From Mobula hypostoma (taxonomy: Eukaryota), in NCBI RefSeq assembly GCF_963921235.1, contig NC_086108.1, positions 61,134,001 to 61,198,000 on the forward strand: a stretch of DNA of 64,000 nucleotides, in the 5' to 3' direction. Position 1 is the stretch's first letter. Every line of letters starts with the position of its first letter. The notes under the pieces were generated by a model. The model had not been told where the DNA came from, ran no database searches, and saw only the letters and a list, made by a program, of their open reading frames with translations. Positions 1 through 13,680 of this stretch are shown here, piece after piece. The translations under genes and the position numbers were made by a program.

Positions 1-1050
1 TAGACAAAAGAGAGTCAGTGGATCTTGTTTATGTGGATTTTCAGAGGGCCTTTGACTTGAGGCTGCTAAACAAGATAAGAGCCTGTGGTATTACAAGAAA
101 GGTACTAGGATGGGTAGAAGATTGGCTGACTGGCAGGAGGCAAGGAATGGGAATGAAGTGGGATTTTTCTGGCTGGCTGCCAGTGTCTAGTGGTGTTGCT
201 CAGGAGTCGGTGTTGGGACCACTTCTTTTCATGTCATATGTCAATAATTTGGATGACAGAATTGATGACTTTGTGCCCAGCCAGGTTTGCAGATGATGTG
301 AACGTAGGTAGTGCTGAGGAAGCAGATACGAGCGTATTTTGCAGCCAGATTGGGAGAATGAACAAAGAAGTAGCAGCTGGAATATAGAGCAAGGAAGTGC
401 ATGGTGATGCACTTCGGTAAAAAGAATAAAGGTGCAGACTCTTTTCTAAATAAGGGGAAAATTCAGAAGACAGGTGCAACGGGACTTGCAAGTACTCCTA
501 TAGGATTCCCTAAAGGTTAACTTGTAGGTCAAGATGGTGGTAATGAAGGCAAATGCAATGTTAGCATTAATTTTTAGAGGACTAGAATATAAAAGCAAGG
601 ATGTAATGCTGAGGCTTTATAAGACATGGGGCACACCATATTTGGAGAATTGTGAGCAGTTTTGGGCCTCTTAGTTAAGAATAGATGTGCTGGCATTGGA
701 GAGGGTCCAAAGGAGGTTCACGAGAATGATCCTGAGAATGAGAGGGTTAACATATGGGGAGCATTTGTTGGCTGTGGTTTTATGTGCTCAAGTTTACAAG
801 AATGAGAAGGACGTCATTGAAACCTATTGAATATTGAAAGGCTCAGATAAAGTGGATGTGGAGGGGATGTTTTCTATAGTGGGAGAGTCTAGGTCCAGAG
901 GGCACAGCCTCAGAATAGGGAACCTCCGTTTAGAACAGAGATGAGGAGGAATTTCTTTAGTCAGAAGGTAGTGAATCTGTGAAATTCATTGCCACAGATG
1001 GCAGTGGAGTCAAAGTCATCGGGTATATTTAATGCAAAGATTGGTAGGTT
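1..1050 (+). mobile_element. CR1-clade LINE, degenerate 3' RT fragment
   Basis: [26 protein letters not shown] and FADD motifs, with frameshifts. Confidence 0.9.
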
Positions 1051-1394
1051 TATTTATTTATTTATTGAAATACTGCGCGGAATTGCCCTTTCGAGCCGCG
1101 TCACCCAGCAACACCCAGTTTAACCCTAGCCTAATCAGGGGACAATTTACATTTAACCTGCTACTCGCTACGCCTTCGGACTGTGGGAGGAAAGTACAGC
1201 ACCCAGAGAACACCTACGCATTAAACGTGGACGACGTTCAGACTCCTTACAGATAATGTCAAAACAGAACTCCGGACTCTAACACGGTTGTGCATTTAAT
1301 TCTTTTATTATACTTGAATAATCTTGTATATATCTTGTTTGATTAAGCAATCCTATTCCTTTAAATAATTAGTTAGGGGTTATATGTAAAAAAA

Positions 1395-1680
1395 TAACAC
1401 ACACAAAACACTGGAGGAACTCAGCAAGCCAGGCAGCATCTGTGGAAGGAGTAAACAATTGATGTTTCAGACGTAGACTCTTAAAGGAGAGAAGAAGTCA
1501 GAGTAAGAAGGTAGGGGTAGTGGAGAAAGAAGTACAAGGTGGTAGGTGATAGGTGAAACTGGGAGAGGGGGAGGTGGTGAAATAAAGAGCTGGGAAGTTA
1601 AATGGAGAAAGAGATAAAAGGCTGGAGAAAGGGGAATCTGATAGGAGAGGACAGAAGACTATGAAGAAAGGGAAGGGATA
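1395..1680 (-). mobile_element. Penelope-like element terminal fragment
   Basis: acacacaaaacactggaggaactcagcaagccaggcagcatc followed by the purine-rich tract shared with 10900-11260. Confidence 0.65.
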
Positions 1681-2427
1681 GTTGGAGTCAGCATAACATC
1701 ACAGTTAAAATATGAAAAAGTATAAAGAACATATCAAACAACAAAGGGTTAAACAGGTGGTAATGGTTTTAAAAATACCCAGAGGATGAAGGAAACAATA
1801 TGTGAACAGTACTGAACGATAAATTCCCAAAAGTAAATGGGAATCATATACTCCCAAGGATATTCATTAAAGTGGCTAATTAGAATCTGGCAGGGATTTT
1901 CAGAAATCATTAGAAATAGACCAAAAATTTAGGGAAAATTGAATTCAAAAGGTGCTATTAAAGGCTGCAGATGAACAAGCCTAGAATTTAAATAAGGTTA
2001 TGGTTGAGATGTTCAAAACATGTTGGGGGCATAAAAATTATATTATTAATATTGCAGAATATGTGTAGCCAGTGGGCCAAGTCTACTTAACTCTGCGGGT
2101 GTGTGTAGGGGGGGGGGCGTGTGTTCACAATTATAATCACTTTATTGATGCTGTAGTTTCAGGCTTTTGGTTCTTAAACTTTGGTGTTCCATTAATTCTA
2201 TCTGCCTCACTGCTTCTCTCTTCCTCTAACATATCTCAATCCTTCCTCTTCACTGTTTTGACTACTTTTCAGGTCTCTTACTCTGTTCTTCTAAATATCT
2301 TGAGATATTTAGTTACATGAAAAAAATGTATGTCCAAGTTATTATTACCTGTGTTGTTCGAACATAAAATTGGTTACAAAAATACGTAAACATATTCTGG
2401 GCATTAAAGAAGTTTTGCAATATTTAC

Positions 2428-2560
2428 CTCAGGGCTGTAGAATTCTAAGTTGTATGGTTTTCTGAATCTTATGTTGTTCACATAATATGGCGCGCAGCTG
2501 CCTCCGTAGTATCTGTTATCTAGAACAGTTCCCTCCAAAGTCCCAGTTAAAATATTGTAT
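2428..2560 (-). CDS. C8B: C8 beta exon 5 (start of MACPF region); gene continues left of the window
   Basis: ttacag|A TAC AAT...CCT GAG|GTAAAT, 133 nt. YNILTGTLEGTVLDNRYYGGSCAPYYVNNIRFRKPYNLEFYSPE resembles human VLDHRYYAGGCSPHYILNTRFRKPYNVESYTP. Not in the ORF track. Confidence 0.96.
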
Positions 2561-3620
2561 CTGTAAATGTATAAACCTGATTAATTAGATGACAGATTCT
2601 ATTCACTCACTCATACCATGCTGAGCTTTCTCTTATTAAATTGATATTCTGCTCACAAGTTTTCTCAATGCACCAAATTTATTGTCCACTCTTCATCTTT
2701 TCTGCATCACCTACCAATGTATTGGATCATGATTCACCTTACAGTGTCTGATGCTAACTCATTTTATCACAGAACTATGAAATCTTACATCACCCTGCTA
2801 ACATTAATCATTTCTTCCTTAACCATATAGTACTGATGTTTGGCATTACCTAGCATTCATGTTTTCATTTATCTCCCCTCAGAATAGTGTGAAGTGGGGC
2901 ATAACTCATTGAAGGGTCATCCTTTGGGTACAACATTAAAACGAGGGCTTATCCAATATCTAAAGAGGTTTGTGGATTGTATTATGCAGAGATACAGCAT
3001 GGAAACCATCAATCACCTATTTACACTATATCTTACATTCATTACATTTTTAATCTCCCCTAATTTTTGTCAATGTCACCCAGACTTCAACACTCATCAA
3101 CACACTAGAGGCAATTTACAATGACCAATTAACATCTGGAAGAAACACTCGTAGTCACAGGGGAAACAAGCAAAATCCACACAGAAAGCACCTGAGGTCA
3201 GAATTGAACCCAGTTTTCTGGCACTAGATAGATAGATTGATAGACATACTTCATTGATCCTGAGGGAAATTGGGTTTTGTTACAGTTGCACCAGCCAAGA
3301 ATAGCGTATAAATATAGCAATATAAAACCATAAATAATTAAATAGTAATATGTAAATTATGCCAGGAAATAAGTCCAGGTCCAGCCTATTGGCTCAGGGT
3401 GTCTGACCCTCCAAGGGAGGATTTGTAAAGTTTGATGGCCACAGGCAGGAATGACTTCCTATGACACTCAGTGCTGCATCTAGAGCAGCAGCTGTACAAA
3501 CAGTGTCACATATTGAGCCAAGCAGCGTAGATGCTGAAAAAAATTAAAGTCCATTGTATGGCAATATATACCGTTACATTGGCGTGCTTCTGGGATTTAG
3601 AGGTCTTCTAAGAAACATAC

Positions 3621-3762
3621 CCGCTTGCGATATGCTGCACGGCCCAATATTGTTCTGTCTCCCTGGAGCATGCATAGCTAAATCTCCGGCATCCTTTCTC
3701 ATCAGACTGATCTCCACAATCATCGTCTCCATTACACTTGACCCTACGAGGAATGCACCGAC
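3621..3762 (-). CDS. C8B: C8 beta exon 4 (LDL-receptor class A domain)
   Basis: ttttag|GT CGG TGC...GCA AGC GG|GTATGT, 142 nt. [47 protein letters not shown] contains the [13 protein letters not shown] motif. Confidence 0.96.
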
Positions 3763-3849
3763 CTAAAAAACTCCACAGGATATGCATTTTAGTCCAAAGC
3801 CTCAAAAATAAGGGACTTTACCTTGGTTGTCAGCTCTGTTTGGAGAGCT

Positions 3850-4370
3850 GTAAGTTAGATGGCCAGTAAGGATGTAGTGTGGAGAGCTTGCATTACTCTG
3901 GGGAGCATTCTAACTGGTTGCATCACTGTCCGGTATCGAGGGGCCACTGCAGAGGATTGAAAAAAGCTGCAGAAAGTTGTATACTCAGCACTAGCCTCCC
4001 CAGCATTGAGGACTCCTTCAAAGGGTGTTGCCCCAAAAAGATGGCATCCATCATTGTGGACCCCCATCATGCAGGATATGCCCTCTTCTCACAGCTACCA
4101 GTGGAGGTAAGGAGCCTGAAGACATACACAGGAACAGCTCCTTCCCCTCCGTCATCAGATTTTTGAAAGGGCAGTGAACCCATGTCCTACCTCACTATTT
4201 TTGTTTCATTTTTTGCTCTCTTTTTGCACAACTTAGTTAATTTAACTTTTTATATATACTTCTTATGGTAATTTATAGTTCTTTTATTATTATGTATTCC
4301 AATGTACTGCTGCTGCAAAACAACAGATTCCATGACATCCATCAATGATGTTAAATTTGATTCTGATTCT
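3850..4370 (+). mobile_element. Rex1/Babar-like LINE 3' fragment
   Basis: LPSIEDSFK..C.KKMASIIVDPHHAGYALFSQLP C-terminal motif and (GATTCT)n tail. Confidence 0.7.
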
Positions 4371-5897
4371 GGCCTTAATCCAGTGTCAGTTCCAGATTTC
4401 TGAGCTGAAGAACTGGATGCACTTCATCTCCCCTTCGGTTCATGTCAGCCATGGCTGGTGTACAAAAAACAACCTATTCACTTGAATGGAGGTTTGCTAA
4501 AGGGTAGGCTCAACTCAAGGTTTCTTGTTTATTTCTTCTTATTTTGTTTACATTTCGTTTTTTACTTACTTTAGGAGGGAGTGATGTATTTTAATTAGAT
4601 GTTTATTTTTATTTATTCTTAAACATTTAAAAAATTATATTAATTGCTCTTAAATATTATTGTCTATCAATAACATTTAAAACTAATGAGAACACTACTG
4701 ACAACAATGAACAGGGCCCAGCTCACGGGTGCCACAACACTTAAGATAAGCATGGGGATAAAGTGCTACATTGAGAATGATTTACCATAATTTCAGCTGT
4801 ATATATTTTTTAAAGTCTTAAAAGATTGGTGAAGCATACAGGGAAGCAACACCACTGCAAGTATCCACAGTATATTTGCTTAAACTTCAGAAGATTTTAT
4901 TGGTCCTCCTTTATTGAAAACCAAATTATTCAGGTAAACTCACTTGCAGGTTGGAGAAGGGAGGATGAGCTTCAGTCCACTATTTTATTAAGTTAAGTTG
5001 AGTCCCAGCCCTCTGCTTAAAAAGCATACACGGAAACTTTGGCAACCAAAATTTTTCTGCTACACAACAAACCTCAACAAATCAAGTTAGCGCAATGTAG
5101 AAGCAATGTGTGGACTATTGTAACAAAATTTTATGTCCATTCACAAACTCGCAAAGTGTTTTTCTAGGATCTCTCAATGTACCTATTCAATCGAAAGCAC
5201 TTTCAGTAAGACTAGTCAAGTAATTGGAATAAACATCCCTGACTGTCCAAAGAATTGCCTATAACTGGAAAGAACACGAATGAGTTCAGTTGGAAACTTG
5301 CTTGCAGATTGTTGGTAAATACACAATTGGATCTCTTATGCATTCTTGGGAAGGGAGTTAACATGTCTGCTATGCCCTATATGCAACTTCAATCTTACTT
5401 CTTAATATTTGAAGAATAACTAACAATTGGCAATAAATATTGCCTTGGAAATTTTATTCTGCTCACAACAAAATTCAATAAAAGAATGAAACACTACACT
5501 AGGTTTTAGAAAATAGATTTTCATCAGATTTATGTAGACTGTAGCTGCTAGGCTGTCACTTTTTTTTCTTTCTTTTTACTCAGCAATGCAGAAATCCATT
5601 TTTTTATAGGCAATAATTTAGTCTTGGCATCTCCATTTGTGATCTAATTACAGATCACAATAAACTTCAGTAGACTAACTACTGTTCTGTTCTCATTGGC
5701 TAGCCCATTGTGGAGGACAGGACAATAATACTTTAACTACAGACTGAAAACAGAAAAGTTATGGGAAAATCTTTATTCCGAATTCTGCTGGCATACAATA
5801 GGAACCTATTTCTTTTGTTAATAAACATCATAAATTTAAGTGAATTTCCACTGCTTTCAGAAAGGGAAAATGATATTTCACTGAAGATATTTGTTAC

Positions 5898-6033
5898 CTG
5901 TTTCTGCACATACAAAGCCCTCACACAGGTTTATGGATCGGCAAGGGCCTGTGCAGGCCTTCTCTTCCCTGTCGGTAGAGTCACATGATGCACCACCAAA
6001 CTGAGAGGGCGTCTCAAGTCTTGCATACCTGTA
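5898..6033 (-). CDS. C8B: C8 beta exon 3 (TSP1 end, start of LDLRA)
   Basis: ataaag|TAC AGG TAT...GAA ACA G|GTAACA, 136 nt. YRYARLETPSQFGGASCDSTDREEKACTGPCRSINLCEGFVCAET(G). Confidence 0.95.
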
Positions 6034-7785
6034 CTTTATAAATGCAGAAGGGGAACATTGATGATAGCAGATAAGTATCCAAACACACAACTAGTTAGAG
6101 ATTGAAGACACAATATGTCAATGACCAATTTAATTTTACTTTTCTTTCTCTCTAAGCTGCATGGAAGCAATATCTGAATGTGCATGACATATAAAGTGTT
6201 CGGCAATATCAGATCTTGGCCATGGCACTGTTCTTTTACAGACAGCATGAACCCAACTTCCTTCCCTGATCTCCTGCCAGGGCAAGCTCTCTTAATGGTG
6301 AAGTCCATATGCATTGGAACTACTTTACCTTGAGTGAGTTGGGGAGTGTGGAGGAAGGTGGTGGGGAGAAGTCTGCCATGGCTAGTTGGGACCAGAGCTG
6401 AGCCATACCCGGGCAGGCTGAGTGGTGGCTGGGCACACCAGGATGGCAGAGAACAAGAAAATGTTTTATCCCAGGAACACTCCCTGTTATCAACGAAAGT
6501 GGGGTCAAGTCCCTGGAGTGGGGCAAGATCCTGCAGCAAGACCCAGGCATAGATGAGTCTTGGATTTGCCATGAAAAGCTGTGAGAGTGGCATCAATAGG
6601 GAAATGAATGTCATTCACACGATTCTTTCATGCTCAACAGTCTCCAAGCATAGTCAATGTATCATATATCCAGAAGACTGTGATTTAATTTCCAGAATTA
6701 CGCCGTACATACATAGGGATCTGATCATGCTTAGCTTTTGGAATTTAGATTAAATTTTATCACATATCTCATGCCATAGAACTGCTAACCATCAGATGGT
6801 GGCAGAGAAACAGACTCTTCTGCTGACTGAGTATCAAGCACCCGTTTACATTAATCCAACCTTCGTTCATTTTGTTCTCCCACACATTTCCATCAATGGT
6901 TCTAATGCTCACCTACAGTGGCCAATTAACCTGCAGACACTGGGTTTGGCCCATGGAGGAAACCAGAGCATCCTGAGGAAACCCCCACGATCACATAGAA
7001 ACTCCACACAAACAGCGCCACCGCTCAGGATTGAACCCGGGCTGCTACTCCTTTAAGGCATCCGCCCTCCTATTAGAACTACTTTGCCAGCAAGCTTTCA
7101 TTTTCTTTAATACTATTGGACAGCAGCTGGAGTGATTTTTTTTTCACACAGCCACATAGCCTTAGAAATGTTGAACTCTTAACTAAATTACCTCAATATT
7201 ATTAAAACTGCATGGACCATCTGCAATCTTTGGCACCAACCCAGCTACCCTCAGGGTTTATACAATGGAGGCTGGGAAACCTTGGCCTTGGGACTGCTCA
7301 CCAGTACCAGGCTATATCAAGATTATTTAATTTGGAGTCTAGCCATGGCCGTGAGTGGAGCCCTGGATAGTGTGGAACTGGTCAGGAAAGGCATTTTGAG
7401 TATCAAACTGAAGATCTGGCTGAGAGGTGTGAGCATCTAGCAGAAGCAATGTGAAAAAGTTGTTTTAAGGGATTTTGGGTTGGTTTCCAATTACCTGAAG
7501 AAATAGTCTGCAGCGTGTCTAATTTTTCAATGGGAGACTGAAACCTGTGACAGAGGCTTGTCTGTCTGAGAGATACGTGAGGGAGACCCCTGGAGAAGTA
7601 TCTACAAACAAGGTGGTTGATGGTCTTTTGGTTTAGAATGGTTTTTCTTCTCAATGTATACTTTAGAAGAATGCAGAAGCTATCAAACTAATTGCTGACA
7701 CGTGATAACTAGCTCATGCAGTACAATCATAAAAATAAGATTGTGGGATCTTTGAATTTCTATCGACTTCCATTTCCATACTTAC

Positions 7786-7936
7786 TTGCTTTTTCTGGCA
7801 AGGATTGCAAGAACTCCATGAGGACCAGGTTGAAAGAATGCAATCAATTGGCTCTGATGGATTCCTTAATGACCTTTGCAGGCGTCCAATCAAAGGGACA
7901 AAGTCTTCTGTGTTCAATCCATTAGTTAACTCTTTG
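7786..7936 (-). CDS. C8B: C8 beta exon 2 (propeptide, RLQR furin-type site, start of TSP1 domain)
   Basis: tttcag|C AAA GAG...AAG CAA|GTAAGT, 151 nt. KELTNGLNTEDFVPLIGRLQRSLRNPSEPIDCILSTWSSWSSCNPCQKKQ resembles human C8B RQMRSVDVTLMPIDCELSSWSSWTTCDPCQKKR. Confidence 0.95.
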
Positions 7937-8344
7937 CTGAAATCAAATGGTGATTATAAAAAAAATTACAGACAGCATAAACAAAAATAAAATCCCTCCT
8001 TCTGATCTCCTATTCAATCAAGATTTGAGAAAAGGGTATTTTGACATAATTTGGACTTCACATAAAGTGGTTATTTCTAAAAGGGAAGTAAGTTTAATTT
8101 TAAGAAACAGAGAACATTGGTAATACTCAGCAGCTCCTCAGGCTTCATCCGTGAGAATGAAATGGAGTTATTTTTCAGGTCAAAGACCTTTTGTCAGAGC
8201 TGGAAAGGAAAGAAAAGAAGCATATTAAGCGGCAGGGAGGTTTGTGAGGTGAATGGCTATGATGGATTAACAACATGTGGATATGTGGGTAACCTGTCAA
8301 GGTTATCTAGTCAGTGATGAATGGCAACGGCCAGAGGCTAGAGC

Positions 8345-9050
8345 ATAATGGCGCAGCAAGTAGAGCCACTGCCTCACGGTGTGAGAGACCTGTGTTCCAT
8401 CTTAATCTGGGTTGCTGTCTATATGGAATTTGCAAGTGATCTGCAAGGTGAGTTGGAGAGATGTCTCTACCAAAGGAGGTGTAAGGCACTCCATCCCTCC
8501 ACTAGCCTGCAGGTCACCCTTAGGCAAGGTGGAGCACCTGCTTATCCCCCAGTCAGGGTCAAGTGAAGCCATGGGAGCAGGTGGTGGATGGTCATGTGAG
8601 CATGTGGAGCACATCGCAAGTCCCGGTTATACAACCACTGACACCAGGCAGACAATCTCGGAAGAGTATTTATAATGGCTGGGGTCACCCATCTTGTAAA
8701 GACATTGCCCAGAAGGCGGCAATGGCAAAACACGAGAACATACATGGTCATGAAACCATGATCACATATGGCACATGACACATAGGGATGACGATGGTCC
8801 TTGTGATTGCATGGATTTCTTCCAGAAGCTCCAATTTCCTCCTGCGTTCCAAAGTGTAGGGTTGGTAGGTTAAGGCCACTGTAAGTTGACTATAAAGTGT
8901 AGGTGAGTGAAAGAATTTGTGGAGAGATGACGAGAGTGGTCACAGAATAAAATGGGGTTAGTGTAGGATTGTTGTAAATGGTTGGGTTATGTGCAGTGTG
9001 GACTTGATGGGCAGCAGGACCTGTTTCGGTGCTGTCTCTCTCCATAACAT
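8345..9050 (+). mobile_element. V-SINE-like element interrupted by a second ~350-bp repeat (about 8436-8795)
   Basis: tRNA-like head tggcgcagcaagtagagc...ggaatttgca resumes as gtccttgtgattgcatggatttcttccagaagctccaatttcctcc after the insert. Related copies at about 1070-1290, 2980-3230, 6790-7080, 41140-41400 and 42320-42670. Confidence 0.6.
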
Positions 9051-9059
9051 ATGGTCTGA

Positions 9060-10850
9060 TGATAAAGACAGAAAAATCAAGTTGATTGAAGTTGTAGAAT
9101 TCAGTATTGACTCTAAATGTGCCCATCTAAAGATGGGGTGCTGTTCCTCAAGCTTGTGTTGGGCCTCATAGTAGCAGTCCAGTAAGCCATAGTCTGATAG
9201 GTCAGACAACAAATAGGATGGAGAGTTAAAGTGACAGGGATAGGTAACAGGATGCTGATTGAAACCCCTGCAGACTGAATACTTTCAGTCTCTGTAAAGC
9301 AGAGGAGGTTGCATTGTGAACGCTGACCACCATGCACTAATCTGGAATATGCACAAGTGAGGTATTGCTTGAGCAAGGAAGACCGGGACCCTGGTTGGTG
9401 AAAAAGGAAAATGTGAAAGGACTGGTTGTAAGGGAAGTGACATAAGGACGGGGGGAAAGAATGGGTTTTGGTGGAAATGGAAGACTAAACCAGGGTCCAT
9501 GTGAAATTCTGAAAGGCAAGAGAAGGATAGGGTAACTCAGCAAGGCAGGCAGCATCTATGGAGGGGAATAAACTCGACATTTTGGCCCTTTATTATGAGT
9601 GGAAAGGGGAAGAAGCCAGAATAAGAAAGGGTACAAGCTGGCAGGTGAAATCAGGGGAAATGGAATTTGGGTGGGTGGGGGAAGCAGATGAAGTAAGAAA
9701 CTGGGAGGTGCTAGGTGGAAGAGGTAAAGGTCTGAAGCAAATGGAATCTGATGGAAGAGGACCATGGACCATGGAAGAAAAGGAATGAGGAAGTGGACAA
9801 GAGGGAGTTGATGGGCAGGTGAGGAGAAGAGATGAGGAGGTGAGGGCTGGGAGGGAAAACAGATTGAGGAATGGAAAAAGAAGGTACAGGGAGGGGGAGA
9901 AATTAGTCAAAGCTAGAGAAGTTAATGTCCATGCTGTCAGGTTGGAGATTAACCAGATGGAATATGGGAAGTAGCTCCTCCAACCTGAGTGAGGCCTCCT
10001 CCTGGCAGAAGAGGAGGCCATGGACTGACATGGCGTAATGGGAACAGGAAGTTGAACTGAAATGGATGGCCACAGGAAAATTTTGCCTTTTGTAGCAGAT
10101 GGAATGAAGGGGTTCAATGAAGTGGTTCCCTAGTCGACCTTAGGTCTTGCTGATTTAGAGGAGGCCACACTGGGAGCACCGGATATAGTAGGTGACCCTA
10201 CTGTTTCCGAGGCTCCCTCCTCTACATCACATGGATCTTACAGGTAAGGCGACACTTCATCACCGGTGAAATGTCACCTCACCTGTAAGGACAGTTTGGG
10301 GTGCTGAATGGTGGTGAGGGAGGAGGTTTAGTGACAGGTATAACACTTGTCCACCTGCATGAATAAGTACCAGGATGGGAATCAGAGGGAGGGAGGAGTG
10401 GACAGGGGAATCATATAGAGAGAGCGATCCCTATGCAAAGTGGAGAGTGGTGGGGAGAGAAGGATGTGCTTAGTGGTAGAATTTCTTTGTAGCTGATGGA
10501 AGTTACAGAGAATGATGTGCTGGGTAGTGAGGGTCAAGGGGTGGTAGGTAAGGAACCCTGTCCCTGTAATGGTGACAGGAGGATGAAGTGTGGGAAATGG
10601 AAGAGATGCAGATGAGGGCAGCATCGATGGTGGTAGAAACATGCCCAGTAGTGGAACCATTTTGAAAGTGGCAGTACTTGCAGAGAATACAGGTGTTGGT
10701 GAGGACTAGGGAAACTCTAAATTTGTCCGGTCCTCGAGGAGAAGGAGCGAAAGTAGAGGAGGAAGAAATGGCTGAGATGAGTTCAAGGGTTTGTTAACTC
10801 TTGAAAAGGAGAATTAACAGTTCAGGAAGAAGGAAGACATTTCAGAAACA
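9060..10850 (-). mobile_element. Degenerate Penelope-like element fragments (GIY-YIG and RT-adjacent pieces, pLTR)
   Basis: KLEEQHPIFR (ORF 8958-9212) and LTYHP...QHIILCNFHQLQRNSTTKHI...PPLSTLHRDRSL (ORF 10382-10660). Confidence 0.75.
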
Positions 10851-10864
10851 CTGTACGATCCTAT

Positions 10865-11625
10865 CACAAACAAGAGAAAACCTGCAGGTTCTGGAAGTCC
10901 AAGCAACACACACAAAGTGCTGGAGTAACTCAGCAGGCCAGGCAGCATCTATGGAAACATAGTACAGTCGATGTCTTGGGCTGAGACCCTTTGGCAGGAC
11001 TGGAGAAAAAAAGATGAGGAGTAGATTTAAAAGGTGGGGGAGGGGAGAGAGAAACACAAGGTGATAGGTGAAACTGGGAGGGGGAGGGATGAAGTAAAGA
11101 GCTGGGAAGTTGGTTGGTGAAAGAGATACAGGGCTGGAGAGGGGGGAGTCTGATAGGAGAGGACAGAGGGCCATGGAAGAAAGAAAAGGGGGGAGGAGCA
11201 CCAAAGGCAGTCGATGGGCAGACAACGAGATAAGGTGAGAGAGGGAAAAGGGGGGGGGGGGCATTACCAGAAGTTCTATAAATCGATGTTCATGCGGTCA
11301 GGTTGGAGGCTACCCAGATGGAATATAAGGTGTTGTTCCTCTAACCTGGGTGTGGCCTCATCGCAATAGTCGAGCAGGTCATGGATTGACATATCGGAAT
11401 CGGAATGGGAATGGGAAGTGGAATTAAAATGGGTGGCCACTGGGAGATCCCGCTTCTGGTGGATGGAGCATAGATGCACGATGAAGCGGTCTCCCAATCT
11501 ATGTTGTGTCTCACAATATACAGGAGGCCACATCGGGAGCACCGGACACAGTATATGACCCCAAAAGACTCACAGGTGAAGTGTCACCTCACCTGGAAGG
11601 ACTGTTTGGGGCCCTGAATGGTTTG
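10865..11625 (-). mobile_element. Penelope-like element 3' part (GIY-YIG endonuclease C-terminus plus pLTR)
   Basis: ETQHRLGDRFIVHLCSI...DLPVATHFNSTSHSHSD...RLEEQHLIFHLGSLQPDRMNIDL, plus a decayed hammerhead at about 10966-11001. Confidence 0.85.
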
Positions 11626-13547
11626 ATCCCGTCAAATTTTATATCTGGTTACCTCTTTTGAAAGTAGAAGAACATGCAATTTAATAGCAGGAGCATTTTT
11701 CAGAGAAACTGTTAAAATGATTTTACTATTTTGTGCTACTATGCACTTTCTACAGCAACATTTATTTTCTTTATCTTGGGGAAATTCAAATGGTGTGAAA
11801 AGCATCAGTTTAATTAAGGGCTCTCCCTTTCCTTTTTCAGAGCTGATCATGAAATATATGAAGCACACAAAAGGAATGAAAATTAGAAGCAAAAAAATCT
11901 GAACTCTATTTAGCAATACACAATTATTCAGGCAACAAGGCAGATAAGTATGCCTGAAACCTGAAGATATGAGTGAGATAAAAATCCTTGTCACTTATTC
12001 CTGAATCAAGTTTGGAGGAAGAGTTTCTGACAGTTTACAGTATGCTGTTTCATCAGTTGTAAAACTCTCAAGCAGGTGGTGCTTGTACTGCTCCTTGAGT
12101 GAACTTGTGTTCACAGGTGCGCTACAGAAAGTCTCCACAATGCAAACCAAGAAGCAGGAAGTGTGTGGTGGTTCTTCAGTTGGGACACGTAGGCAGGATT
12201 CAGAAACTAAAGGCAATGAGATGAATGGAGGATGTTCACCTTTAGTGACCAAAGATTAACTTGCTAGTCCAAAAGCCACTACATTAATCATTGTAGAACC
12301 TCGTCAACTTCACCTCAAAGGCATTCAACTGAATGTTAACTCTTGTTTATAAAAATGGTGAAGCAAGTCTCAAAGTGCAGCTGTTGGCCTTCCAAAAATA
12401 CTGAAGGTCAACACATAACCCAATGGAAAGGGACATCTGATTGTATGACGACCATGAATGAACGAAGGACAAAGAACAGTGCAGCACGGGAAAAGGCTCT
12501 TCAGACTATATTGTCTGTATTGAACACGATGCCAATCTGACCAGTGCCATCTGTGTGGACATGGTCTGTTTCACTCTATTCCTTGCCTCGTCATATGCCC
12601 TGTCTAAAGGCTCAGAAGGAGGAGATTATGGGTCAATATCACTCTTTTGGCACCAACCAAATTTCTCAGAGGCCAGTGCTCCTGAATATTTAAGAAGTTC
12701 AGAAAGCTACAGTGATATCAAGTAGATACATCTGTGGGTAAGTTCATATCTTGGAGAAAGTATACAAGTGGTCCTTCAAAAGCCTTTAAAGGGTTTCACG
12801 GTCCTTAGATGTCTCTACAATATAAACCAAGAAGTTCCAGTGTATCGAGAATGTACAAGGCTTAGATGAGGATAGACTGAGTGCCTGTTATTGTCCTTCT
12901 TAAAAAGGGTCTAGGTCCATAGGCAGGATATTGCATTAAGAAAGCAGAGATGTTCACAGGATATTTGTAAAGCTGGTTGACATAACATTATGCACAGGAT
13001 GAGAGAAATGGATATACCTTACCGGCTCAGAGCAAAATGGGAGGCCTTACAATACAGCTAATAATAAAGTTCACTCATTGAGATTGGTTGCTGCATCCGA
13101 TCACGTAACCCATAAAAAATATAGAAATAGCAGCATATTAAAAAGCTGGGGTTATATGATGTTCCAGTTTCAGTTTTATAACTTAATAAATAGAAATGCA
13201 AACAGCAACAAAAGAAACCCTAAATTCTTAACCTACAATGTTTGACCTCCCATTTCTTTTCTCATTTGTAAATATTTCTGACACATGCAGGGTTGCAGTC
13301 TGTATAGACACAGCTCACTATCTGGAACTTTCTCCAAACCTTTAGTCTTTATATGCAAGTGATTGCCAGCAAACACTCAGAAATGTACTAGTATTAACCA
13401 AAGCTCATTCCCAACATTGCTTCACATGCATTTTCCCTGTTTTTCCCCTTTATTGTAGCTTAAGAATGTTAAATCCAATTGCCCTGTACTGTACCTAGTA
13501 ATGATCTATTGTTTTCTTCAACAAAACCTTTAAACAAAGGAACTTAC

Positions 13548-13633
13548 CAATAGCCATTGGGCTGCATAAAGTCTAATGCAACATAAAACAGTACGTAACT
13601 CACTGACTGAAACATGGTCTTGTAGATTTTCAT
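13548..13633 (-). CDS. C8B: Complement C8 beta chain, coding exon 1 (signal peptide)
   Basis: Minus strand ATG AAA ATC...GGC TAT TG|GTAAGT = MKIYKTMFQSVSYVLFYVALDFMQPNGY(C). 86 nt, phase 2, matching the phase of the next exon. Hepatocyte-type promoter motifs lie directly upstream. Confidence 0.75.
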
Positions 13634-13680
13634 GATATTCCAAATAGCGTATGTCAACCAGCAGGAAAAAGGACTTCAGA

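Noticed and set aside
1..2427. C8B exon 6
   Set aside because: No MACPF-like frame with splice sites found; the exon presumably lies left of the window.
6036..6614. 192-aa ORF in C8B intron 2
   Set aside because: No recognisable domain or fitting splice sites; C8B exons 2 and 3 already join in frame without it.
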